A DNA stretch of 63,450 nt, the filler included, from Octopus bimaculoides (taxonomy: Eukaryota): assembly GCF_001194135.2 (NCBI RefSeq). It is 5 parts of 5 records of this genome, joined end to end, with 100 filler letters (N's around TTAATTAATTAA, not from the genome) between each part and the next. Parts side by side here need not be neighbours in the genome. Positions count along the whole stretch, not along the records: positions 1 to 16,492 come from NC_068991.1; positions 16,593 to 48,272 come from NC_069003.1; 3 more parts are not named here. One strand, written 5' to 3'. Numbering within the stretch: the stretch's first letter is position 1; each line of letters begins with the position of its first letter. The position numbers were made by a program, and so were the translations under genes. This document shows positions 9,690 through 21,095 of the stretch, piece by piece. Below the pieces are notes generated by a model, which saw only the letters and a program-made list of their open reading frames with translations, was not told where the DNA came from and did no database searches.

Positions 9690-10771
9690 TCCTTATTTGC
9701 ATATTTGCCATTCGTGAGGTGAAGACACTTTAGAATTGTCTATTTAGCACTTCAAGTACCCCTGGGTCTGTAGTTAGTGAGCCGTCTTCTTCAAACAGTG
9801 GCCCTATCTTATGCTGCGAGGCAGATTCTTTCGCAAACTTGTAGAAAACTTTAGGATTAATTTTTATATTTTTCGACGCCTTGAATTTTTCTTTCTATCC
9901 TTACTGTTTCATGGGAGAGTTTGAGTTTATTTTCGATCTCTAAAAGTGCCTCTTTGAGGAGGGATTTCTTGTTGTCAGTAAGTTGTTATATTTAAGCGAT
10001 TGGAGATCTTTATTCTTGGTCTCATAAGGACTCTCCTGTCTTCAGGAATGATGTCTTTGTAAGTATGGCTCGATTCTCTGGAACAAATTCAATGCATATG
10101 ACTGACATTATTGACATAAATTTTTAAAGTTTCATATCAATGACTTGTACAGAGATACCTTTAAGCCAATTCTGCTGGAGTATCTGTTTTTCAATTGACT
10201 TCCAGTCAGCCTTATCGAAGTTCAAACAGGCTGAGGTTTGGGTGCCATCAGTATGGAATACATCATTAACTAGTTTTGGACCATATCTCATCAGTTTTAT
10301 CATATTGTGATAAAATTGTCTGAGAAGATTGTTGGTGATATTTTCATATTTTGGATAAGTTCCACATTGCTGTTGAATCAGAAGTCTGATGTGTTATTGT
10401 TTCTGATTGGGGAAAGTATGGCTTCCTCCATGAACAACATTTTCCTGTGATCAAGTAAAGATTCTGCTTCATTGCGCTTTTGTGGCCATCTGATGTTGCA
10501 CGGGTTGAAATCACACATCAGAAGTATATTAATGCATTGATCTAGTTTTGTTAGTTCTTCTTTTATCAGCATAAGGTTCTCCTCAAATTTACCATTGTGA
10601 TTTGCGGCATTGGTTTGGCGATTAAGTATGCATATTACCACATCAAGTTGCTTCAAATGCACTATGAGTATGTCACAGACTAAGCTTGAATGTGACAACA
10701 AGGTTAGTGGTGTAACATCTTTGCAGATGTACAACGCAACTCCACCTTGACTCCTTTCTTTTCTGTCTGCA
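9690..10771 (-). mobile_element. CR1/L2-group LINE fragment (APE endonuclease plus linker)
   Basis: RADRKERSQGGVALYI; LLMCDFNP; FDKADWKSIE; KINPKVFYKFAK...IGPLFEEDGSLTTDP...LNRQF*SVFT. Confidence 0.85.
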
Positions 10772-11093
10772 CGGACATGGTGATCTCATATCAAGATAAA
10801 CGGCGCATGATCTTACAAGTGGAGCCCAATTAGAATATTCTGCGGGCCGAATAACCCCTCCCGATCAAAAGGTCCCTGAATAAGGGTTGTTTAAGGATGT
10901 TGAGCGAAACACCCATGTTTCCAAAGGTGAATTACCCAAACCGCAAAGAACTCCTCTCAACACATGGCTATGATGCTCCCCCAGTACTTCTGCCCGTGAA
11001 CAGAGATGCACATATCGTCAGCCACTAAGGGACATGCTCAACTGGTTAAGATCAAACAACTGACAAGCAAATCTGTAGTATTTGCTGTAGCCC
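10772..11093. repeat. Interspersed repeat with a second copy at 32775-32935
   Basis: Shared CCCTGAATAAGG(G/T)TTGTTTAAGGATGTT...CACCCATG(T/C)TTCCAAAGGTGAATTA. Confidence 0.75.
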
Positions 11094-11094
11094 A

Positions 11095-11163
<69 letters not shown>

Positions 11164-11600
11164 CATTGTTGTTATTGTTTTTATTGTCGCTGTTGTAAAA
11201 GGTTCACTGTTAAATTAATGTGGAGTTTAATTACGTCACAGAAGGGGTAAACAATAGAAACCGGATCACAACGAATTCAGCCATAACGCAAACATTACAT
11301 ATACACAGAGAAGAGTTGTTCGTTAAATTTGTAGCAGGTAATTAATAATATCTCAATATTTTCCTCTGAAAGATATCGTTAGAATATATTTTATGAATTT
11401 TTCTGCCAAAAGATTCTGTTGACAGAAAATTAAATCGGAATTAAGTGGCAGAGGCAACATAACACCCCACATAATCTTAATCAGCTTTGTAGATACAAAA
11501 GTCATAGATCATAAATGATTGATAGAATGTGCTAATATATACACTTTCGTAAACTACAGAACGTAATTCCTGTTGTTCAAGCAATTCGACATATTTGTAT

Positions 11601-11797
11601 CTTTTATCTTTTACTTGTTTCAGTTATTAGGTCGCGGCCATGCTGGGGTACCGCACTGAAGGGCTTAGTCGAACAAATGAACCCGAATATTTTTTCTTAG
11701 TGTAGCATTTATCCACTTATGCAGAACTGCTAGCTTACGAGGATGTAAACAAACCAACACAGGCTGTCAAGCGGTAGTGGAGGACAACAAAGACACA
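11601..11797 (-). mobile_element. SINE body module C (probably the 3' half of family A)
   Basis: TCTTTTACTTGTTTCAGT...GCGGCCATGCTGG... shared with copies at 16165, 20481, 28176, 43555 and 54368. Confidence 0.8.
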
Positions 11798-11804
11798 CAT
11801 GGAT

Positions 11805-11845
<41 letters not shown>

Positions 11846-11933
11846 CATATGTATGTATGTGGAACCGTATGTATGTGGAACAGCATGTGAAACCGTTCAT
11901 CCCGACACATTCTTTTATTTCACCGTCTCTCTC

Positions 11934-12011
<78 letters not shown>

Positions 12012-12074
12012 TACATACACTCTCTCACCCTCTCTCCTTCTTTCTCTCTCTCTATTCTTTTTTCCTCTCATCAC

Positions 12075-12110
12075 TTTCTATCGAAGAACGTCGCCTCGAA
12101 ACGTCAAACA
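12075..12110 (+). ncRNA. Decayed minimal hammerhead motif
   Basis: TTT-CTATCGA-A-GAACGTCGCCTC-GAAACGTC-AAA; core has two substitutions relative to CTGANGA. Confidence 0.35.
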
Positions 12111-12380
12111 TTTTCCCATTTTTCTCGAGCCTCAACCTAATACACCTGCTGATTGTTCCCTCGCCTGTCTCTATCTTTTGTTTTCTGTATATATAATCCC
12201 ATCCCTCCAATCCCATCTAGGAGTGATAAACATCGATGTGAGTTATCTCACTTGCTCATGATTTTCAGGTGTGTTAACATTTGGTGCCTTGAGAGAGTAT
12301 TCTCCCCCGCACCAAATCACAGCGTGCCGGCAAATACACGGTGTTTTTACATTAAGTATATGTGGTTGATAATGTTTATT

Positions 12381-13813
12381 CTTTTCTACTCTAGGCACAA
12401 GGTCCGAAATTTGTGGGGCGGGGGCCAGTCGATTACATCGATCCCAGTACGCAACTGGTACTTAATTTATCGACCCCGAAAGAATGAAAGGTAAAGTCGA
12501 CCTCGGCGGAATTTTAACTCAGAACGTAAAGACAGACGAAATACCGCTAAGCATTTCGCTAAGCATCTCGCTAAGCATTTCGCTAAGCATTTCGCTAAGC
12601 ATCTCGCTAAGCATTTCGTTAAGCATTTCGCTAAGCATTTCGCTAAGCATTTCGCTAAGCATTTCGCTAAGCATTTCGNNNNNNNNNNNNNNNNNNNNNN
12701 NNNNNNNNNNNNNNNNNNNNNNNNNNNNNNNNNNNNNNNNNNNNNNNNNNNNNNNNNNNNNNNNNNNNNNNNNNNNNNNNNNNNNNNNNNNNNNNNNNNN
12801 NNNNNNNNNNNNNNNNNNNNNNNNNNNNNNNNNNNNNNNNNNNNNNNNNNNNNNNNNNNNNNNNNNNNNNNNNNNNNNNNNNNNNNNNNNNNNNNNNNNN
12901 NNNNNNNNNNNNNNNNNNNNNNNNNNNNNNNNNNNNNNNNNNNNNNNNNNNNNNNNNNNNNNNNNNNNNNNNNNNNNNNNNNNNNNNNNNNNNNNNNNNN
13001 NNNNNNNNNNNNNNNNNNNNNNNNNNNNNNNNNNNNNNNNNNNNNNNNNNNNNNNNNNNNNNNNNNNNNNNNNNNNNNNNNNNNNNNNNNNNNNNNNNNN
13101 NNNNNNNNNNNNNNNNNNNNNNNNNNNNNNNNNNNNNNNNNNNNNNNNNNNNNNNNNNNNNNNNNNNNNNNNNNNNNNNNNNNNNNNNNNNNNNNNNNNN
13201 NNNNNNNNNNNNNNNNNNNNNNNNNNNNNNNNNNNNNNNNNNNNNNNNNNNNNNNNNNNNNNNNNNNNNNNNNNNNNNNNNNNNNNNNNNNNNNNNNNNN
13301 NNNNNNNNNNNNNNNNNNNNNNNNNNNNNNNNNNNNNNNNNNNNNNNNNNNNNNNNNNNNNNNNNNNNNNNNNNNNNNNNNNNNNNNNNNNNNNNNNNNN
13401 NNNNNNNNNNNNNNNNNNNNNNNNNNNNNNNNNNNNNNNNNNNNNNNNNNNNNNNNNNNNNNNNNNNNNNNNNNNNNNNNNNNNNNNNNNNNNNNNNNNN
13501 NNNNNNNNNNNNNNNNNNNNNNNNNNNNNNNNNNNNNNNNNNNNNNNNNNNNNNNNNNNNNNNNNNNNNNNNNNNNNNNNNNNNNNNNNNNNNNNNNNNN
13601 NNNNNNNNNNNNNNNNNNNNNNNNNNNNNNNNNNNNNNNNNNNNTTTCGCTAAGCATTTCGCTAAGCATTTCGCTAAGCATTTCGCTAAGCATTTCGCTA
13701 AGCATTTCGCTAAGCATTTCGCTAAGCATTTCGCTAAGCATTTCGCTAAGCATTTCGCTAAGCATTTCGCTAAGCATTTCGGCGTGCTAACGTTTCTGCC
13801 AGCTTGCCGCCTT
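12381..13813 (-). mobile_element. SINE family B with 15-bp TSD and internal minisatellite
   Basis: TTGATAATGTTTATT at 12366-12380 and 13815-13829; B-box-like GTTAAAATTCC; body matches copies at 16721 and 55030. Confidence 0.9.
12547..13780. repeat. 12-bp minisatellite (GCTAAGCATTTC)n spanning a gap
   Basis: About 11 units left and about 11 units right of the N run 12679-13644. Confidence 0.95.
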
Positions 13814-14156
13814 ATTGATAATGTTTATTACACTAGCGGTGCTTCTATTTCATATTTGAATGTATTCTTGCATACCTGCACATTGTTTGCACGTTATGAG
13901 CAGGTAAGTCGTGGACTGTCAAAATGATCCATCTCCGATCCTGTTCGGGTACGTGATGTTGATAAGCCACAAAAATGGAGTTACATAAATGTCCATCACT
14001 CCTAGATGGGATTAGAAGTTGAGTTGTCTTGGCTGTCTATGAATTTCAAGTGTTTTAACACCTGGCACTTTGAGAGAGTATTCTCCACTGCACCAAATCA
14101 CAGTCTACCGGAAAAATACTCAAAGCATATATATAAAGTATATGTGGGTGATTATG

Positions 14157-14233
<77 letters not shown>

Positions 14234-14324
14234 TCATATTTTGAGTTCTATTGATCCTGTTTGTACTCCAAACACATACATATATTTCTCTAGATATCAG
14301 GAATTTTGAGGGTAAGAGAATTGT

Positions 14325-14462
14325 CGACAGAATCGATCTTACTATTTGACACTATATTTTATCGACCTCCAACAGGATGAAAGGTAAAATAGGCTTGGGT
14401 GGGATTTACACTATATAAAGAGCTAGGTATTTTTTCCGATGCACCAGCGATTCTGCTAATCC
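14325..14462 (-). mobile_element. SINE family B, old decayed copy
   Basis: ATCGACCTCCAACAGGATGAAAGGTAAA...GCGATTCTGCTA. Confidence 0.55.
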
Positions 14463-14738
14463 AGGGCGTTTCTGAAGCAGACATGAAAATTAACCATTTC
14501 CAGTAGTGGGCGAATAAAATGGAAAGTTTTTACCTAGTTAGCAAATTTATTCTCCCCTGGAAATCGAAACCGTGTGGTAGGCACAGTTTTCTGAGAATTT
14601 ATCACTCCACTAATGTCAATGTATTGTCTCTAGAATAACATCGACATATTTTTCGTAGAGGAAATTAAAGCTTGAAAGACGATTTGTCAAGTTGCTTCTG
14701 TGGATTTGTGACTCGCCAATGTGTGTCTCGTTAATCTG

Positions 14739-14790
14739 AGGTTAGGGTTAGGTTTAGGGTTAGGTTTAGGGTTAGGTTTAAGGGTTAGGG
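14739..14790 (+). repeat. Telomere-like (TTAGGG/TTAGGT) interstitial repeat
   Basis: GGTTAGGGTTAGGTTTAGGGTTAGGTTTAGGGTTAGGTTTAAGGGTTAGGG. Confidence 0.85.
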
Positions 14791-14884
14791 ACTCCGTGGG
14801 CATCTAAGATACACCCTTCGTAATATGATATCCATCACGCAATGCGTCATAGAGATAAATGTGAAAGAATTTCTTGTTATGAGG

Positions 14885-14919
<35 letters not shown>

Positions 14920-15629
14920 GGAAGGAGAAAGAAAGAAACAGAAAGAGAGAGAAAATATACAGTAAAAAATATGGATTCATAAAGTGGGAAGGCACAAAGA
15001 GTAAGTGAATAGAGAGTTAGAACGATAAGGAGAGACAAAGAGGTAGTGAGGCAGAGTGGAGGATTAGATAATGAGAGAGAGAGGTAGAGAGCGTGTGAGA
15101 GGAAGAGGGAGAGAAGGAGACAGCTGTAAAACTGGTCATTTAACACTATATGACAGATATAGTAGTGAGTGTGTGTGTGCGTGAGTGTGTGTGTTACTAA
15201 GAGAGAATGGAAGAGAGAGGAGAGAAGAAAGAGAAAAAGCAAGGCAGAGCTGTATGGACAGTTGTAAAGATATGGAGTGTTACAGTTAGACGGAGCGACT
15301 GTATGAGTGCATATATCTGTGGGACAGCAGGAAAGACGTTGGAAATGAATGAATGAATAAACAAACAAATAAATAAATAAATATATCTAGAGTTAGGAAA
15401 GGGAGATGGAAGAGAAAGGTAGATGGAAGAGAAAGGGAGATGGGAGAGAAAGGAAGACATGAAGGAAAGGCGGTGGTGCGGTATGTCGTAAAGACGGTTC
15501 CAACACATGCAGATTTCTGTCAATTTTTATATTGTGAATGTTGTGGTCACATCACGACGGCAAGAATATTAGTGGGGACAGCTAGAAACAAGAACAACGT
15601 TTATATTAACAATAACTACTACTACTACA

Positions 15630-15681
<52 letters not shown>

Positions 15682-16164
15682 AAAGAGATAAAAATTCAAC
15701 AAAAGGTAAACTATCAACTCCAAAATACGAACAAAACCACAAGAAGAAGAAGAAGAAGAAGAGGAGGAGGAGGAGGAGGAGGGGGAGGACTATGGCGACG
15801 ACGACAACAACAACAAAAACTACAGGATGAAGATGTACTGGGTTGAGTGCAAGTTGCGGGAACGGGCAGGTTCGGCCGTAAGATGATAATGAGATGTTGA
15901 TGAAGCGATTGGATGAGGTTAGCTACATCGATATACCAACATCTCACAGCGGGATACAGTTAGATAGCGGAAGGAAGACGTCTTACTCTGATTTTCTCGT
16001 TTTTGTTTTATTTTTCTTCGTTTTGTTTTGTTTGGTCTTTTTTCTGCATGTAAATTAATAAATAATAAAACAGAAATGTATTGTTAATACTGTTGTTATT
16101 ACTATTTATTATTATTGGCTTTTAATTATAACTATATGTATGCATGTATGTATTATGTTTTTCT

Positions 16165-16362
16165 TTTACTTATTTCAGTTGTTTGACTGCGGCCATGCTG
16201 AAGCACAGTCTTGGACGGTTTTAGTCGAACAAATCGACCCCAGGACTTATTTTTAAAGCTAAACACTTATTCTATCGGTCTTTATGCCGAACCGCTAAGC
16301 TACGAGGACGTAAATACGCCAACACTGGTTATCAAGCAGTGATAGTGGGGGAAAAAAAGACA
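16165..16362 (-). mobile_element. SINE body module C
   Basis: Similar to 11601-11797. Confidence 0.8.
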
Positions 16363-16386
16363 CAAACACACACGCACACACATACA

Positions 16387-16431
<45 letters not shown>

Positions 16432-16447
16432 GTATATATACATATAT

Positions 16448-16492
<45 letters not shown>

Positions 16493-16720
16493 NNNNNNNN
16501 NNNNNNNNNNNNNNNNNNNNNNNNNNNNNNNNNNNNTTAATTAATTAANNNNNNNNNNNNNNNNNNNNNNNNNNNNNNNNNNNNNNNNNNNNGTATATAT
16601 GGTTCGTAGGAATTTTAGTACGAAGCTGGGATTTTGTACAGGGGTTTGCTGTCAAAAACCCCGAAAGATTAAAAATTAGCTTATGGTGGTGCGTTGACAG
16701 GTTACCGAAAATTTTGATAT

Positions 16721-17005
16721 TCTTTATTACTCTGGACACAATACCCGAAATTTTTGTGGAAGGGGCCAGTCGAATAGATCAACCACAGTATGCAACTGGT
16801 ACTTAAATTAACGACCTCGAAACGATGAATGTCAAAGTCGACCTCGGCGGAATTTGAACTCAGAGCATAAAGACAGATGAAATACTGCCAAGCATTTCGT
16901 CCGGCGTGCTAATGTTTCTGCCAGACCGCCCCCCTTTTTTTTTTAATATTCTTTTCTACTCTAGGCACAAGGCCCGAAATTATTGGAGAGGGTCCAATCG
17001 ATTAA
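16721..17005 (-). mobile_element. SINE family B copy followed by a 3'-tail fragment of a second copy
   Basis: GTCGACCTCGGCGGAATTTGAACTCAGA; then CTTTTCTACTCTAGGCACAAGGCCCGAAAT. Confidence 0.85.
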
Positions 17006-17124
17006 GAAAAATGTTGAATAATGCGAAGGTAGGTTCTCTGCATATACAAAAGAGACTGGTCATGGTTGGAAGGTCTCTGATCACATCACCTTACCACTTA
17101 CATACCCTTGATTCCAACGAGGAA

Positions 17125-17430
17125 TGTCCTAGTTGATCCGATCAACAGAACAGCTTGATCGTGAAATTAACGTGCAAGTGGTTGAGTACTCCGCAGACAT
17201 GCATACCCTTCACGCAGTTCTCAGAAAGATTCTGTGTGACATAGAATGTGACAAGGCTGGCCTTTTGAATTACAGGCACCACTTATGTTTGCCAGCTGAG
17301 TGGACTAGAGAAACGTGAAATAAAGTGTCTTGCTCAAGGACACAGCGCGCCTCTAGGAATCGAACTCACTAGGAACCGAACTCACTAGGAATCGAACTCA
17401 TGGGCCCAGTACCCTAACCACTGAGCCACT
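17125..17430 (-). mobile_element. tRNA-derived SINE family D with triplicated B box
   Basis: Reverse complement of 44248-44575; CTAGGAA(T/C)CGAACTCA x3 at 17353-17400. Confidence 0.85.
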
Positions 17431-18084
17431 TCAATACTAGATACATATATCACGAAGCACCTTCCTCATCGTCCACTATTGTAACAACACACGTCCACTA
17501 TTGCACGTGCACATCACCTCACCAACACACGAACACCACAACAGGAACTCCGCCATTACACCGACACCTCACCAGTATTTCACTACCTTGGCACCACACC
17601 GATACTATAAACCAACAACAACAACAACGAGGAGGAGAACAGCATTATCAGCGCTACAGACAACGGTTCTCAGCAACCGCGAAGTGAAGCCAAAAATATA
17701 TAAATATATACATTTCCATTTGTTTACTCAACTTGAACCTGCGTCTCATACCTATTTCACAATTCTATTTACGGAGATGTTTAAAATCTCTCTAATCAAT
17801 TTATTACGCCTCGGTGAAGACAAAAACAAACAAACGAAAGAAGAACAGACTAGAGCCCTTAAGGTCTTCGTCCGATTGTTCTTTTAGACCTCACTTTTTC
17901 CCTAGATAGAGAAGAGAAAGAGAGAAACAGGGAGTGAAAGATGTGGGGGAGAAATGTTGGGACGGTTCATGGCTGGCTTTTGTTATCTATCTTCTCGAAC
18001 AAATATTGAATTCAGTAAATAAATTAAGATGATTAAATTCTGTGTAAGAATTACTGAAATTAATAGGGCAGTCGTCACGCTAAT

Positions 18085-18330
18085 TACCTAATTAAGGTAA
18101 CAACCTAGAAAGAATCATGAGCACGCCGGGTAAACGCTTAGTAGCATTTCGTTCATTACATTCTGGGTTCAAATTCCGCCCAGGTTGATCTGGCCTTTTG
18201 TTCTTGTGGCATTAAGTTGCGGATCGTAAATTTTTGAGATCGTAAGTTCCACCGAGGTTGTCGTATTTGCATTTCGTCTCCTTCCTAGGAGTCAACAAGA
18301 AGGGGCACGTTGTGACAATTTTCTTGCGAA
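18085..18330 (+). mobile_element. SINE family B, decayed, with partial internal duplication
   Basis: GCACGCCGGG...GGGTTCAAATTCCGCCCAGGTTGATC; second AAGTTCCACCGAGGTTG. Confidence 0.65.
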
Positions 18331-18712
18331 GACTTAGGGACGAGAGATACGGGGATACATACATCTTTACATCCATACACAGGTGAATCGATATATGTGT
18401 AGGTGGATATATGTTTATACATTCATTCATACATACATACATACACACATATGTATATGTGTGTGTGTATGTGTGTATACATACATGAATATGCATAAAA
18501 TAAATACATATACTTGATTTCTTTTCTTCTATCCTCTAAGTTCTTTCAGTCATTGGACGTCGGCCATGTTGTCATAGACACAATATGGCTGACGTCCATT
18601 CTTTACTACCCGTAACTCGGCGAAAAGCCGGGGAGGCGACAATCTGAGAAAGAGGGAAATAGAAAGAAACAGAAACGGAGAGGAGAAGAATACTGAGAAA
18701 GGGAAAGAAAGA

Positions 18713-18754
<42 letters not shown>

Positions 18755-18789
18755 GACAGACGGTGAGAGGCAGGGAGCTATTATTCATT

Positions 18790-18920
18790 TTCGGCAGTTA
18801 AGTCTGTAGCAACGTGAAATGAAATGCCCAACGAAACAAGACATTGTCCAGTTCAGTCCAGGAATCGAACCCACAACCTAACGACCATGTCCCCTACGTG
18901 CTATCCACTAGTCCACATAC
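18790..18920 (-). mobile_element. SINE family D head, decayed
   Basis: GCAACGTGAAATGAAATG...CCAGGAATCGAACCCAC. Confidence 0.55.
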
Positions 18921-18988
18921 ATATTTTTATAAGTATATACATATTCACACAGCGTTTCACTCTTTTTTCCTACCTCTAACTTGCACTA

Positions 18989-19019
<31 letters not shown>

Positions 19020-19141
19020 GTCTCTTTTTCTTCCTCTCCCATCTCTCTCCCTCTCTCTCTCCCTCCTCCATTCATGTGCATATCTCACATTATTCCTCTC
19101 ACTCCTCTCTCCTCTCTCTTTTCCTCTCTCTTTTCCTCTCA

Positions 19142-19176
<35 letters not shown>

Positions 19177-19544
19177 CACGTTTCTCGTAACGCTCAGTCA
19201 CTTCATCTCTTTTTGAATCTCACTTTATTTTCTTCTCTTCCTTTTTCTGTCTCCGTTTCCCCTCCTCTCTCTCTATCTGTCTGTCTCTGTCTGTCTCTTT
19301 CTCTCTGTCACTCTCTCCCCTTTCCCTCTCTCACATTTCTCTCTCTTTCTCTCCCTCCCTCTCTCTCCTCACTCTCTTCCTCTCTCTCCCTTCTTTCTCC
19401 TCGCCTCTCTTTCTATTGTTCACTCTCATTTGTGCTACACCCACATTCATCACTTTTAATTTTTGCTTTGTTTTGTTTTTTTTTAACATTATTTTATTAT
19501 ACCTTTTTTTTTTTTTTTTTACATTTTTCTTGTTTCCATTTCAG

Positions 19545-19568
19545 AGTTTTTGGGTCTAACCCAACTAG
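19545..19568 (+). other. Candidate 24-nt micro-exon
   Basis: Long polypyrimidine tract tttttcttgtttccatttcag|AGTTTTTGGGTCTAACCCAACTAG|gtaagc. Confidence 0.4.
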
Positions 19569-20184
19569 GTAAGCGCCAAAAATGGTACCATTTCCAGCAG
19601 AACTGAAGAAGAAAACGATAAAACAACGATGGTTCCAACAGGAAATAAAAATAGAAAGATAAAAAATAAAATAAAATAAAATGAAATAAAATAAAATAAA
19701 AATGTTTGGCAAAAATCTTATCATTTGCAGTCACGTCCTGATAAAAGCAACAACAACAACAACAACAACTACGAATAGAACGGTAACAGCAGCAACAACA
19801 TCGCTAAACAATACGCCGATGTCTTCATAAGCAAGGAATTCTAAATGAAATATGCCAAATCTACTGATAACTTTGATGGTAGCTTTGAATGGAATACGAT
19901 GATCAAGTAATGATATGAACGGAACCAGAGAAACCTAAGACAGCGGTCACAGAAATGTAGCAGCAGCAGCAGTAGTAGTTGTAGTGGTAGTAGTAGTAGT
20001 AGTAATTGATCTTCAACATGAGGCCAACCCTAACAGAGTGCGCAGACCCTATAACCCAATGCATTTTATCTGTGAACCATATCAACAACATTTCGAGCAA
20101 ATCTTGACTCGGACAGAAGTATCTGATCCTCAGGCTTCCTTTCTACACATCTCTGCCTGTCTGTCTGTCTCTCTATTTATCTAT

Positions 20185-20281
<97 letters not shown>

Positions 20282-20320
20282 TCTCTCTCTCATCCACTTT
20301 CTCTCTCTCACATACACTTT

Positions 20321-20360
20321 CTGATTCTGATGAAGGATTAGGTTTCCGAAACGTTAGTTT
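20321..20360 (+). ncRNA. Minimal type-I hammerhead motif (PLE-type)
   Basis: TGATT-CTGATGA-A-GGA-TTAGGTT-TCC-GAAACGTT-AGTT; intact core, 3-bp stem II, weak stem I. Confidence 0.55.
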
Positions 20361-20480
20361 CTAACTCTTCTCCTCACAGCTTCCAGTTAACTCTTACTTA
20401 GCGCGAATTTTTCTCTCGTTGTTTTGTCTCTCACCCGAGACCATCCTTGTCTCAGTTAATCAACAGATGTAGGATAATAT

Positions 20481-20677
20481 TTTTGCCAACTGCTTGACAA
20501 CCGATGTTGGTGTGTTTACGTTCCCATAACTGAGCTGTTCGGCAAAAGGGACCGATAGAATAAGTACTAGCCTTACAAAGAATAAATCCTGGGGTCGATT
20601 CGTTCGACTAAAAGCAGAGCTCTAGCATGGCCGCAGTCAAATGACGGAAACCAGTAAAAGAATAAAAGAAATGAAAA
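20481..20677 (+). mobile_element. SINE body module C
   Basis: TTGACAACCGATGTTGGTGTGTTTACG...GCATGGCCGCAGTCAAATGAC. Confidence 0.85.
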
Positions 20678-20689
20678 GAACAACAATTT

Positions 20690-21095
20690 TGGGGTGTGGG
20701 AAGGGGTAAATCGCTCACCTGGAAATGATTTTATCGACCTCGAAAGGACGAAAAAAGCAAAGGCGGCATTGGAAGAATTTGAACTCAGAACGTAAAAACG
20801 GACGAAATGCCGCTAAACATTTTGCCCGGTGCCTTAACGATTCTGCCACCTCACCACCTTACGCTTCGTCCGATATGGTTTCAAATTTTAGTTTCAAAAG
20901 ACCAGCGATTTGGGGAAAAGGCTAAGTCCATTACATCGAACCCAATATTCAGTTGGTATTTATTTTATCAACCCCGAAAGGATGAAAGCCAGAGGGGATC
21001 TCTAGTGAAATTGAACTCAGATCGTAAAGACAGATTGAAATGCTGACATGCATTTCGCTTAACGTCTTGACTATTACGCCAGCTCACCGCCTTAA
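20690..21095 (-). mobile_element. Two tandem SINE family B copies
   Basis: GAATTTGAACTCAGAACG at ~20776 and GAAATTGAACTCAGATCG at ~21007. Confidence 0.8.

Noticed and set aside
10274-10294. Minus-strand CTGATGAG...CCAAAAC as a hammerhead
   Set aside because: No GAAA, no stem II; lies within CR1 coding remnant.
12467-13777. ORF with (MLSE)n / (KCLA)n repeats
   Set aside because: Translation of the 12-bp minisatellite across an N gap inside a SINE.
16537-16548. TTAATTAATTAA islands in the middle of N runs (also 48317-48328, 55459-55470, 59441-59452)
   Set aside because: Each sits between runs of 44 Ns and encodes stops in all six frames; an assembler linker, not biology.
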